DNA of 63,499 bases, filler included, from an uncultured bacterium (GTDB lineage: Bacteria > CAZSTA01): assembly GCA_964609495.1 (NCBI GenBank). It is 5 parts of 5 records of this genome, joined end to end, with 100 filler letters (N's around TTAATTAATTAA, not from the genome) between each part and the next. Parts side by side here need not be neighbours in the genome. Positions count along the whole stretch, not along the records: positions 38,893 to 51,286 come from CAZSTA010000102.1; positions 51,387 to 63,499 come from CAZSTA010000104.1; 3 more parts are not named here. One strand, written 5' to 3'. Position 1 is the first letter of the stretch; every line of letters starts with the position of its first letter. Under the pieces are notes generated by a model that searched no databases, had not been told where the DNA came from, and saw nothing but the letters and a program-made list of their open reading frames with translations. A program made the position numbers and the translations under genes. Of this stretch, positions 50,434 to 60,137 are shown piece by piece.

Positions 50434-51286
50434 GTGAAAAATAAAAAGTTGGGTAGTATGGCTGTGGGGACAGTTATTTGCGTTTTGGTAGTCATTGCAC
50501 TTGTCTTGGGAGCGCTTCCCCTCTCCGCATCGCCAACAGAAGAAGATCAAGAAGCCCTACAAATGATTTTAGCAAATGTTGGAATCAAAGAAGCAGACTT
50601 GAAAGTTTATAAGGATTTAAATGCCTGGAGATTTGGAGGGGGAAATAGTATTGCATATGAGTCTGGCAGGATCATCGCCCTAAGGATTAAGAAATCCGAA
50701 TTTAATGATCTGAAGTTGGTAGCTCCTCTAACCAATCTTCAAGGACTCGATCTAGGGGATAATCAGATAAGCAAGATAGAAGGTTTGGAGGAGTTGACCA
50801 ATCTTCAAAGACTCTATCTAGTAGATAATCAGATAAGTAAGATAGAAGGCTTAGAGAAGTTGATTAACCTTCAAGAACTCTCTCTATGGGAGAATCAGAT
50901 AAGTAAGATAGAAGGTTTAGAGAAATTGACTAATCTTCAAAGACTCGTTCTAGCAGGTAATCAGATAATCAAGATAGAAGGCTTAGAGAAGTTGACTAAC
51001 CTTCGAGAACTCTATCTAGGGGAGAATCAGATAAGTAAGATGGAAGGTTTGGAGAAGTTGACTAGCCTTCTAACACTTGCTCTGAAAGGGAATCAGATAA
51101 GTAAGATAGAAGGTTTGGAGGAGTTGACCAACCTTCAGTGGCTCGATCTAGAAGAGAATCAGATAAGTAAGATAGAAGGTTTGGAGAAGTTGCCCAACCT
51201 TCGAACACTCATTACACTCACTCTAAGGGGGAATCAGATAAGTAAGATAGAAGGTTTGGAGGAGTTGACCAATCTTCGAACACTCT
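50434..51286 (+). CDS. Secreted SDS22-like leucine-rich-repeat protein, 3'-partial
   Basis: Signal peptide; 22-aa LTNLQ.L.L..NQISKIEGLEK repeats (66-bp DNA repeats). Confidence 0.9.
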
Positions 51287-51386
51287 NNNNNNNNNNNNNN
51301 NNNNNNNNNNNNNNNNNNNNNNNNNNNNNNTTAATTAATTAANNNNNNNNNNNNNNNNNNNNNNNNNNNNNNNNNNNNNNNNNNNN
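51287..51386. other. Artificial contig spacer
   Basis: N-run with TTAATTAATTAA. Confidence 0.97.
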
Positions 51387-51459
51387 CCCTCCCTTTTGGT
51401 TTTTGAACTTATAATCGGGGGTATCATATTCTTAGTTCTTCATTAGGGAGTTAAAGACT

Positions 51460-51572
51460 AATTCCCCCCTCACCCTGGCCCTCTCCCACAAGGGGAGAGG
51501 GGACATCGAGATAGAGCTTATCTACTCAGTTCCCCCTCTCTCAATGGGAGGGGGATAGGGGGAGGGCGATTT
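51460..51572 (-). repeat. BoxC/triplex-like repeat, copy 5 (inverted)
   Basis: CCCCCTCACCCTGGCCCTCTCCCACAAGGGGAGAGGGGACATCGAGATA is the reverse complement of the unit. Confidence 0.85.
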
Positions 51573-51713
51573 ATGATGTCAGATCCCCTTTTATATGCTC
51601 CCCTGCCTCTATATCTCAGTTTACAAAAATACCTTGATGTGATATAATTAATTTGTGGAATTGTTGGAATTAGGTCAAAGTAAAAACAAAATTCAAAAGG
51701 AGGTTTAACTGTT

Positions 51714-53828
51714 ATGTTTCTATACGGCGCTCAATTCTTTAGACCACCTAATCCGCCTCGTGCGGAGAGGGCTAGAGATCTAAAAAGGCTAGCTGAGGAA
51801 TTAAAATTTAATGTTATTAAGATCTGGCCTATGTGGAATTGGTGTAACCCCGAAGAGGGGATATACGTATTTGATGAGGTGGAAGAGATATTCGCTGAAT
51901 GCGACAAATTAGGAGTGAAGGTAGTAGTAAATACCATTTTGGAGAACGCCCCTTATTGGCTTGATAGGAAGTATCCTGAGGCAAGATATGTAAACGCCAA
52001 CGGTCGGGCGATAACCTTGGGAGGCAACTCCAACACTCAATCGGGGGGACATCCCGGCTTATGCTTAGATCATCCAAGAGTTAAGGAAGCAGCCGCTGAT
52101 TTCTTAATAAACTTAGCTAAAGTGGCAAAGCCGCACCCCTCGATGTTCGTTTGGGATTGTTGGAATGAACCTCATAATGAGCCAGTGTGGTGTACCAGCT
52201 TCTGGGGAAACGCAGGCGATATGGTCTTCTGCTATTGTCCCAATACTCGGAAGGAGTTCGTCAAGTGGCTTCAGGATAAGTATAACGATGATATCGAGGC
52301 TCTGAACGAGGCTTGGGTCAGGAGATTCGTCTCTTGGGATGATGTTAATCCACCAGTGAGGCATGGAACTTACGCCGACTGGCTCGATTGGAGAAGATTT
52401 ATGCTCGATAGCATGGCTGATCAGATGGAGTTTCGATATCGGACTCTGAAGGAGATAGATCCTGATCATCCGGTTATGAGCCATGCTGGAGCTACCCCTC
52501 CGATGGACCCTGGCACTATCACCGCCGCTGATTGTTGGAAGTTAGCTGCTCCTATCGATAAGTGGGGAACTTCTATCTTTCCCAAGTGGTTCACGATAAC
52601 TCCTGCTCAATTCGCGATGCGCCTTGACATAACGAGGAGCAGTGCCGGGGGGAAGGAGATATGGATAAGCGAGCTTCAGGGAGGCATCGGAAAGATTAGG
52701 GGTATATTCGCCAGCCCTCAGGTTGAGCCTAACGATATTCGCCTCTGGAACTGGACAGGAGTAGCTTACGGAGCTAAGGCGATTATGTATTGGTGCTATC
52801 GAGCGGAGGCGACTTCAACTGAATCCTCCGGTTATGGTTTAGTGAGAAGGGATGGCTCGATAACCCCTCGCGCGAAAGAGGCGGAGAGAAATTGCCAACT
52901 GCTTCAGAAGTACTCGGATATAATAGCTGAATATAAGCCTGAACCTCAGGTTGCCATCCTCTATGATCCTGATAATATGATCTTGAATTATGCGATGGAG
53001 GGCAATGAAGAGGTGTTCACTTCCTCCTACAAAGGATACTATCAGGCGGTTTGGGAGAGCGATCTCATAGCTGAATTCACAAGGCCTGAGCAGTTAAGCA
53101 CGCTCTCTCATAAAGTGTTGATCACTCCCTTCCCTATGATCATAAGCGAGAAGACGGCGGAGGGCATTCGCAGGTTTGTTGAAGGAGGAGGGACTCTTAT
53201 AGCCGAGACCAGCTTTGGATTGTTTGATATCAACGGAATGCAAAATCAGGCTGTCCCCTTCAAGCTGGAGGATGTCTTTGGCGTTAAGGAGGACGAGGTC
53301 CTTTACACGAACCCTGACACCTATCCGTCTGCTAAGGATATCTACCATTCTCCAAGGCTAACTTTCGAAGTTCCAGACTTGCCTTACAAAATTGAATTCC
53401 AAGCTAGGGTATTCGTTACACCTCTGCATCTAACTACTGCCGAATCTCTCGCTCGTTATGGGGATATGGATGTTGTCGCTCACAACAAGTTTGGCGAGGG
53501 AGAGGTCTTCTACTTCGGAACCAGCTTGGGGAATAGCATCTTCTCGGGTGATCGTATCGCCAAGGAGATAGTCAAGAAACTTCTAAGGGATAGGTGTAAA
53601 CCAGTGATCAGCGGTTACAGAACTCGTCCCCGCTTGCTCTCGACTGATAAGGGGACTTTACTGGTGGTTATAAATGACGCCAAGACCGCTGTTACCGAGG
53701 ATATCACTTTACCAGCTTCCTATAGTTCGGCGGAAAACATCCACACTAACACGGTGGTGGATGTTGAGAATAACAAACTCACGGTCAGCATAGGGGCTGA
53801 GGATGTTACTGTTTGGCATTTATCATAG
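51714..53828 (+). CDS. GH42 beta-galactosidase-like protein
   Basis: W...NPEEG.Y.F, WNEP acid/base, WISELQGG nucleophile, trimerisation domain. Confidence 0.85.
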   Translation: MFLYGAQFFRPPNPPRAERARDLKRLAEELKFNVIKIWPMWNWCNPEEGIYVFDEVEEIFAECDKLGVKVVVNTILENAPYWLDRKYPEARYVNANGRAITLGGNSNTQSGGHPGLCLDHPRVKEAAADFLINLAKVAKPHPSMFVWDCWNEPHNEPVWCTSFWGNAGDMVFCYCPNTRKEFVKWLQDKYNDDIEALNEAWVRRFVSWDDVNPPVRHGTYADWLDWRRFMLDSMADQMEFRYRTLKEIDPDHPVMSHAGATPPMDPGTITAADCWKLAAPIDKWGTSIFPKWFTITPAQFAMRLDITRSSAGGKEIWISELQGGIGKIRGIFASPQVEPNDIRLWNWTGVAYGAKAIMYWCYRAEATSTESSGYGLVRRDGSITPRAKEAERNCQLLQKYSDIIAEYKPEPQVAILYDPDNMILNYAMEGNEEVFTSSYKGYYQAVWESDLIAEFTRPEQLSTLSHKVLITPFPMIISEKTAEGIRRFVEGGGTLIAETSFGLFDINGMQNQAVPFKLEDVFGVKEDEVLYTNPDTYPSAKDIYHSPRLTFEVPDLPYKIEFQARVFVTPLHLTTAESLARYGDMDVVAHNKFGEGEVFYFGTSLGNSIFSGDRIAKEIVKKLLRDRCKPVISGYRTRPRLLSTDKGTLLVVINDAKTAVTEDITLPASYSSAENIHTNTVVDVENNKLTVSIGAEDVTVWHLS

Positions 53829-53974
53829 TGATTTCCTCGCTTGTCCCTCGGGGTTTAGAAGATAGATAATTGGAGATCAGGTTTGCTCGCTCAACATCTT
53901 CTATTTTCCAATTCCAGAGAAGGAGGAGCTGGGGTGAGATACCTACCGGTCGTTAAATCGGAAGGTGAGAAGTT

Positions 53975-56461
53975 ATGGAGGGGAAATTTCTAGGTGGTAA
54001 GAGATATAAGATCCTAGATAAGATCGGTCGAGGGGGAATGGCCACGATATATCTGGGTGAACAAGTAATCCTGGAACGTAAGGTAGCTATAAAGCTTATG
54101 CGGCCCTCCTTTATCGAAAATGAGAATCTAGTCCAAAGCTTCATCCACGAAGCGCAAATGGCGGCCCACCTGAGTCATACTAATATCATTCATATCTATG
54201 ATTTCGGATATGAAGAGGGACAGCTCTATATGGTTATGGAGTATGTGGATGGCCCAGATCTAAAGAATCTTTTGGCTCAGGAAGCTCCCTTATCCCCTCA
54301 GAGAGCCATTAAGATCGCTATCCAGATTTGTGAAGCCCTAGACTACTCCCATAACTTCTCCGACAATCTGGTTAAAGGGGGAGTAACTCACCGAGATATC
54401 AAACCTGGGAATATACTCTTGACTGATGATGATTTAGTCAAGATCAGCGATTTCGGTATCGCTCAGGTATCCTCTTCTTTGCTATCCCCAGAAGAAACGC
54501 CTTCAGGCCATACGGGAACTCCAGTTTATATGTCTCCAGAGCAAGCTAGGGGAGAGATAGTCGATCACCGAACTGATATCTACTCCACAGGTCTTATTCT
54601 CTCCGAGATGCTCACTGGGGAGCCACCTTTCTTAAGTCACGATATCCGAGCAGTGTTACATAAGCATGTCTATGAGCTTCCTCCTTCTCCTAGGAAGAGA
54701 AATCCTTTCGTTCCCGAGGAATTGGAGAGGATCATTTTTAAAGCGTTATCTAAGCGGAGGGAGGATCGCTATCAAAGTGCCGAACAGATGGCCGAGGATA
54801 TGAGAGCGATCGATTTATCTTCCTTCGGTTCCCTGGAGATAACCTCCGTCCCCTCTCCAGCTCGGATCATCATCAACGGGGTGAGATGTTCAAGAGAAAC
54901 ACCAGCTCTCTTCGAGGGTGTTCCCGAGGGAAGCTATGAGTTGGAGATACGCAAGGGCGATTATGATATTTTTCGCAAGGAAATAGAGGTAAAACCTGGA
55001 GAGCCGAGGAGGGTAAAAGCCCTGCTAACCGCTGAGGAGGGTCTTGGCTCGATAAAGGTTAGCTCCGATCCAGGTGGAGCAAAGATATACATAGACGAAA
55101 GTTATCAAGGTTCGACTCCTCCTAGGCAGGATATTCTATCCTGTCGCGTCTCCTGGTTAGTAGAAAATTTAGAACCAGGCAAGCATATACTTAGAGTCGC
55201 TAAAGATGGATATCGCGATTATGAGGAGGAAGTCGAGATTAGATCTGGGCAGGTGGAGAGTATAAATTGTGAATTGATACCCCTTATCTCCAGAGATATT
55301 TCTATGAGTAAAGATGATACCTTACCCAGTCTTGAGAGACAAAAGGAGTTAGAAGCCTTTTTAGAGGAGAAAATCCTAGATATAGTTGAGGAGGAAGACC
55401 TAGATGAGATAATAGATGTTAAGAAAAATAAACGCAGAAGCTCTATAAGGTTTGCCATCCTCGTCTCTCTATCTTTTTTGATCCTGTTTTTATCCCTATT
55501 AGGCATATATTACTATCGAGGGTCTCAGGTCAAAGAGGAGGTAGAGATGATAGCTATTTGTTCTCTTCCCCTTGAAGCTAGGGTGTTTATGGATGAGGAA
55601 TACCTAGGAAAGACTCCTCTAACCTTAAAGCCACCGCCTTTGGGTGAGCATCAACTCAGGTTATTTCTGCCCGGCTATGAGAGTTGGAAGGGAGAATTAA
55701 AGACCGAGGGAGATTCGGAGATATATGTCGTTCTTAAAGAGGATGAAGATTCCCCCGAGGTATTAGGAGTCGGATCGACAATCCCTACTCCTGGTCAACC
55801 ACTTGTCTTGAAAGCTATCATCAAAGATAACTCATTTGTCGAGAAAGCATCCCTCTTCTATAGAAGATTGGGAGAGAAGGATTGGCGTGGCTCTCAAGAT
55901 TTCGAATTGATCTCCTCCGAGGATAATGAGTATCAAGCAATCGTTCCCTCTAGCGAGTTAGGAAATGGCATCCAGTATTATTTGGAGGTAAGCGATGGGG
56001 CGAACTCGACTAGATTTCCGAGTAAGGATTTGATAGCGGTTAAGCTCGAATCTCCCGTTATGATCGCTTCAACCGATAGGATTGGCGGAGAGGAACAAGT
56101 TGCTCTTAGTCAACCAAAGATAGTATCGCCTCCGGTGGAAAGTAAGCCCCCTTTAAAGATCTCCGTAATACCAATAGCGTCCGCCCAGGAGGCGAAAGAG
56201 GTGCCCCCACCTCCTCTCGAATCACCCGAGGTCGGAGATGAGGGGAGATTCAGCTCACTTAAGATCGATTCCAAACCTGTGGGAAGTAAGATATATTTGA
56301 ACGATGAGTTTTTAGGATACGCTCCTCTCCTCAGATATCATCTTTCCTCCGGTCGATATAGGGTGAAGATCGCCAAAGATGGCTTCCACAATTGGCAGGC
56401 TATGATCAAGATCAGAGAGGGAGAGGATATGAATTTAGATGTTGAGCTTAAAGCCTACTAA
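53975..56461 (+). CDS. Hanks-type Ser/Thr kinase with PEGA domains and one TM
   Basis: GRGGMA, VAIK, HRDIKPGN, DFGIA, YMSPEQ; 2 PEGA, TM, then PEGA and Ig-like segments. Confidence 0.9.
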   Translation: MEGKFLGGKRYKILDKIGRGGMATIYLGEQVILERKVAIKLMRPSFIENENLVQSFIHEAQMAAHLSHTNIIHIYDFGYEEGQLYMVMEYVDGPDLKNLLAQEAPLSPQRAIKIAIQICEALDYSHNFSDNLVKGGVTHRDIKPGNILLTDDDLVKISDFGIAQVSSSLLSPEETPSGHTGTPVYMSPEQARGEIVDHRTDIYSTGLILSEMLTGEPPFLSHDIRAVLHKHVYELPPSPRKRNPFVPEELERIIFKALSKRREDRYQSAEQMAEDMRAIDLSSFGSLEITSVPSPARIIINGVRCSRETPALFEGVPEGSYELEIRKGDYDIFRKEIEVKPGEPRRVKALLTAEEGLGSIKVSSDPGGAKIYIDESYQGSTPPRQDILSCRVSWLVENLEPGKHILRVAKDGYRDYEEEVEIRSGQVESINCELIPLISRDISMSKDDTLPSLERQKELEAFLEEKILDIVEEEDLDEIIDVKKNKRRSSIRFAILVSLSFLILFLSLLGIYYYRGSQVKEEVEMIAICSLPLEARVFMDEEYLGKTPLTLKPPPLGEHQLRLFLPGYESWKGELKTEGDSEIYVVLKEDEDSPEVLGVGSTIPTPGQPLVLKAIIKDNSFVEKASLFYRRLGEKDWRGSQDFELISSEDNEYQAIVPSSELGNGIQYYLEVSDGANSTRFPSKDLIAVKLESPVMIASTDRIGGEEQVALSQPKIVSPPVESKPPLKISVIPIASAQEAKEVPPPPLESPEVGDEGRFSSLKIDSKPVGSKIYLNDEFLGYAPLLRYHLSSGRYRVKIAKDGFHNWQAMIKIREGEDMNLDVELKAY

Positions 56462-56479
56462 CATTTTAGGGATAGATGT

Positions 56480-58186
56480 ATGGTTAGAATATCTCTGGCT
56501 TTGATAATCTTATCTATTCTGCACTCCTCGGCGTTCGGGATGGATATAGGAAGTAAAGTGGCTACTTTCACTCTTCCGAATACGAGAGGGGAATTAGTGA
56601 AGCTCTCGGATTATGAGGATAAACGGAAGATAATATACTTCTGGTCCATAGCTATGCCTATATGCCAGCAAGAGATGATCGAATTAGATGATTTTTACCA
56701 GAGGTTCAAAGATTCGATAATAGTCATAGCTATAGCTGAGGAAGAGGATGAAAAGGACAAGGAGAAGGTAAGAAAGTTTGTTAAGGAGCGAGATATCGAC
56801 TTTCCAGTGCTATTTGATGAGGGAAGAGTAAGTGAGCTTTACCATACGGATTGGATCGTTCCCTATCTATATCTAGTTGAGGAAGATGGACTTATCTCCT
56901 ACGAGCGAAGAGGAGTTCCTTATCCTATAGAAGATGATCTAGAGAAGATAATACCCAAGGGAGGGGTAAATATATCGTCTGAGCCACCTGAGGCAGAGGT
57001 TTATATAAATGGAGTATATCGAGGAAGGACTCCGATTCTCATCACGGGATTAATCGTAGGAGATTATCAAGTGCGATTGAGTAGGGAAGGTTATGTGGAT
57101 TGGAGTCAAGAGGCAAGGATATCGAATGGGAAAATCGATCGATTAAATATCAGATTGGAGAGGGCGAAAGCTTCCCTGGAGATAATATCTACTCCTCTGC
57201 AAGCGGAGATCTATATCGATAGGGAATATTATAGTCTCTCTCCTGCTTTGATAGGGGAGTTATCACCTGGGACCTATCTGATCGAAATTGTGAAGTTAGG
57301 ATATGATGAGTGGAGGGGGAATGTGGAACTCTCCCCTGGGGAGACCAAAGGGTTAGAGGTTACCCTGAATATACCGACTAGTAGCTTTCGAATCGTCTCC
57401 TTTCCCCCTTCCTCCAGCGTCTATTTGAACGATGAATATAAGGGAGAGACCCCTCTATATATCGAGAGGATACCGGTGGGGATTTATCAGTTGAGGGTAT
57501 CCAAGCCGGGATATGAAGAGTTCACCGATATCATCGGGATAAACGCGGGAAACGAAAATTCCCGAAGGGTATATCTTCATAAAGCCGCTTATTCCAAGTT
57601 GGTGATAACCTCCGATCCTGAGGGGGCAGAGGTCTATTTAGATGGTGAATTTAAAGGGAGGACTCCCCTGATTGAGCTTCAATTAATGCCGAGAGGTTAT
57701 GAGATCAAGGTTGTGAAAGAGGGATATATCTCTTGGTATGAGAGTATCGAGTTGTTCCCTGGAAGGTCTAGGAAGTTGGAGATCAAGCTAGATCGAGATC
57801 AGAGGTTCATTACCCCAGTCGATTCTTGTGAACAGGCGAAGGATTATTATGAGAAGGGCAAGGCTTATCTGGATGAAAATAAACTGGAAGAGGCGATAGA
57901 AGCCTATGGTGAGGCGCTGGAGATCGCTCCTAATTGTGTTGAAACCTATCGGGGCTTAGGCACAGCTTATGAGAGGCAAGGGAAGCTGGATGAATCTGCT
58001 TTTTGGTATGAGAAGGCTATAGAGATCGCCTCTTTAGACCTCGATCTCTATTATGAGTTAGGTCGAATCTATATAGCTCAAGATAGAATTGAGGAGGCTA
58101 TAGAGCTATACAACAGAGCCTTGAGTATAGATCCAGAAGATCCTCAAATAAAAGGGGCTTTAGATGAGATATATCAGGTGAAGTGA
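56480..58186 (+). CDS. Exported redoxin-like + 4x PEGA + TPR protein
   Basis: Signal peptide, FTLPN..G..V.LSDY, FWSIAMPIC, FPVL.D; PEGA x4; C-terminal TPRs. Confidence 0.8.
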   Translation: MVRISLALIILSILHSSAFGMDIGSKVATFTLPNTRGELVKLSDYEDKRKIIYFWSIAMPICQQEMIELDDFYQRFKDSIIVIAIAEEEDEKDKEKVRKFVKERDIDFPVLFDEGRVSELYHTDWIVPYLYLVEEDGLISYERRGVPYPIEDDLEKIIPKGGVNISSEPPEAEVYINGVYRGRTPILITGLIVGDYQVRLSREGYVDWSQEARISNGKIDRLNIRLERAKASLEIISTPLQAEIYIDREYYSLSPALIGELSPGTYLIEIVKLGYDEWRGNVELSPGETKGLEVTLNIPTSSFRIVSFPPSSSVYLNDEYKGETPLYIERIPVGIYQLRVSKPGYEEFTDIIGINAGNENSRRVYLHKAAYSKLVITSDPEGAEVYLDGEFKGRTPLIELQLMPRGYEIKVVKEGYISWYESIELFPGRSRKLEIKLDRDQRFITPVDSCEQAKDYYEKGKAYLDENKLEEAIEAYGEALEIAPNCVETYRGLGTAYERQGKLDESAFWYEKAIEIASLDLDLYYELGRIYIAQDRIEEAIELYNRALSIDPEDPQIKGALDEIYQVK

Positions 58187-58310
58187 TGATTTATTGCTCT
58201 CTCCTCCTGTTCCCAGCTAGATACATCCTCCTTCTCATTTTCCGGTCTCCTTAGTTAATATATAGCATACTGATAGGCCATATCTAGAATATCAAAAGGA
58301 GAGAATCGGT

Positions 58311-59093
58311 ATGAAAGAATACGACCGAGTTGACGCTGCCTTCTACGACTACTACTCTACCGGACTAGAAGGTGATGTGGAGTTCTATGTCGAAGAAGCT
58401 CAAAAAGCCGGCTCTCCGGTCTTGGAGATTGGTTGTGGGACAGGTCGTATTCTGATTCCTGTTGCTGAGTCAGGCCTCACCATTGTTGGCCTCGACTATG
58501 CTCCAGCTATGCTCTCGATAGCCAGGAAGAAGATCTCCAGACTCAGCACTGGAACTCAACAGCGCATCGAGCTAGTAGAAGGTGACATGCGTAATTTCTC
58601 GTTGGGTCAGCGTTTCAAACTCATTATGATCCCTTATCGAGCCTTCCTCCACCTGTTGACTCCCGAGGAGCAACGACAAGCACTGGGTTGCATTCGTGAG
58701 CACCTGACGGACGATGGACATCTAATCCTCAATATCTTCGATCCAAGACTGGATATCATCGTCGCACATTGCGGACCCTCCGGAGCTACTATGAATAAGG
58801 ACTCGGAGTTTATTCATTTTGATAGAGGGCATCGGGTTATGGTCTGGGATAGTCGTCAATACGACCCTGAGCATCAGATGATCGAGCAGTATTTCATCTT
58901 TGAGGAGCTAGACAATGAGGGGAGGGTGATCTCAAAGACCTATAGTTTATATACTCTTCGCTACATTTATCGCTATGAGATGCAGTATCTATTAGAGCTG
59001 TGCGGCTATAGAATCGAAGCCTTGTATGGAGACTTTCAGCGCGGACCTTTCCGATACGGTGGTGAGCAAATCTGGGTTGTCTGTAAAAGTTAA
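58311..59093 (+). CDS. Class I SAM-dependent methyltransferase
   Basis: VLEIGCGTGR, GLD...ML, GDMRNF. Confidence 0.92.
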   Translation: MKEYDRVDAAFYDYYSTGLEGDVEFYVEEAQKAGSPVLEIGCGTGRILIPVAESGLTIVGLDYAPAMLSIARKKISRLSTGTQQRIELVEGDMRNFSLGQRFKLIMIPYRAFLHLLTPEEQRQALGCIREHLTDDGHLILNIFDPRLDIIVAHCGPSGATMNKDSEFIHFDRGHRVMVWDSRQYDPEHQMIEQYFIFEELDNEGRVISKTYSLYTLRYIYRYEMQYLLELCGYRIEALYGDFQRGPFRYGGEQIWVVCKS

Positions 59094-59198
59094 TCTCCTA
59101 TAATACGACACGAACGACTGATGGTAAAATTGCTTACGCAACTTCGTTTGTGTCGATCACGTTATAGGTCATTACAAATCTGCGGGAGTAATTTTTCT

Positions 59199-59978
59199 GT
59201 GAATACCGATCTAAAACGATATGAACTCTTCGGCTGGGACTATGAGCATCACAGTCCATTAAGCAAGCGAGAGGTGGCCTGGTATAAGAGATTTGCACAC
59301 AGAATAGGTGGGCCCGTGCTTGAGCTAGCCTGTGGAACAGGACGATTGTTAATCCTCATCGCCAAGGAAGGTTATTAGGTAGTCGGTGTTGACTTGTCTA
59401 TGAGTATGCTTCATTTAGCCAGAGAACGAATCTCTCTACTCCCTCTGGAGATCCAAGGACTCATTCAATTGGACAATACGGATATGTCTAATTTTCGATT
59501 CGACCGGAAGTTCGGTCTCATCTTTATAGCCGACAATTCATTTCGCGAGCTTAAGAGGAGAGAGCAACAGCTTTCATGCTTAAAATGTGTTTATCACCAT
59601 TTGTGGTCGGGAGGAAAATTCCTCGTGACGGAACGTCGTTTTGACCCCACAAAGTTCGTAAACGGTCGGAGAGATATACCTTGGTCAGAACCAATCCGCC
59701 ATCCGGCTACCGGTGATTTAGTAAGACGAAAGGTTGAAATCCAATTGACTGAGAATGGGAAATGGATACGGGGGACGATGTTTTATAAAACTACCCACGC
59801 CAATGGAAGCGAAACGGTTGAGGAATGTTCCTTTGAAGCTCCTGTTATGTTCAAGGACGATTACATTTCCCTTTTTTCTGAAGCTGGTTTTTCCCCAAGT
59901 GTTTTTGTAGGCTATGAAGAGCAAGAAGATGACGGAGAGAATCCGTTTCTTTGTTTTGTGTGCGATAAGGATGAATGA
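59199..59978 (+). pseudogene. Class I SAM methyltransferase with in-frame TAG at 59376
   Basis: VLELACGTGRLL...EGY*VVGVDLS..ML; both ORF pieces share one frame; GTG start with GGGAG SD. Confidence 0.8.
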
Positions 59979-59995
59979 TTTGCACCAGAAAAAGA

Positions 59996-60137
59996 TTAGA
60001 TACCACCAGAGCGAAATACCGAGATCATCAGCCATATTCCGAATATAACTGCGATAAGAAAGCCAAACACTCCTAAGATTGGGTATCCCCTTATAAAAGG
60101 GCCAATCTTCGACTGGATAATTAAGGAAGAACTGATC
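59996..60137 (-). pseudogene. C-terminal relic of a UbiB/AarF (ABC1) family membrane kinase
   Basis: Hand translation ISSSLIIQSKIGPFIRGYPILGVFGFLIAVIFGIWLMISVFRSGGI*. Confidence 0.55.

Noticed and set aside
50725-51286. Regular repeats resembling a CRISPR array (also 41900-43750 and 55-255)
   Set aside because: The periods are multiples of 3 (66, 93, 120 bp) inside LRR, HEAT and TPR coding frames, with no unique spacers or cas genes.
58191-58238. 15-codon minus-strand ORF with a good SD (MRRRMYLAGNRRREQ)
   Set aside because: Too short, and no family could be assigned. It may be a gene-start relic.
59376-59378. Genome-wide amber recoding
   Set aside because: TAG terminates many normal-length genes in this window (trpS, trpE, trpD, trpC).
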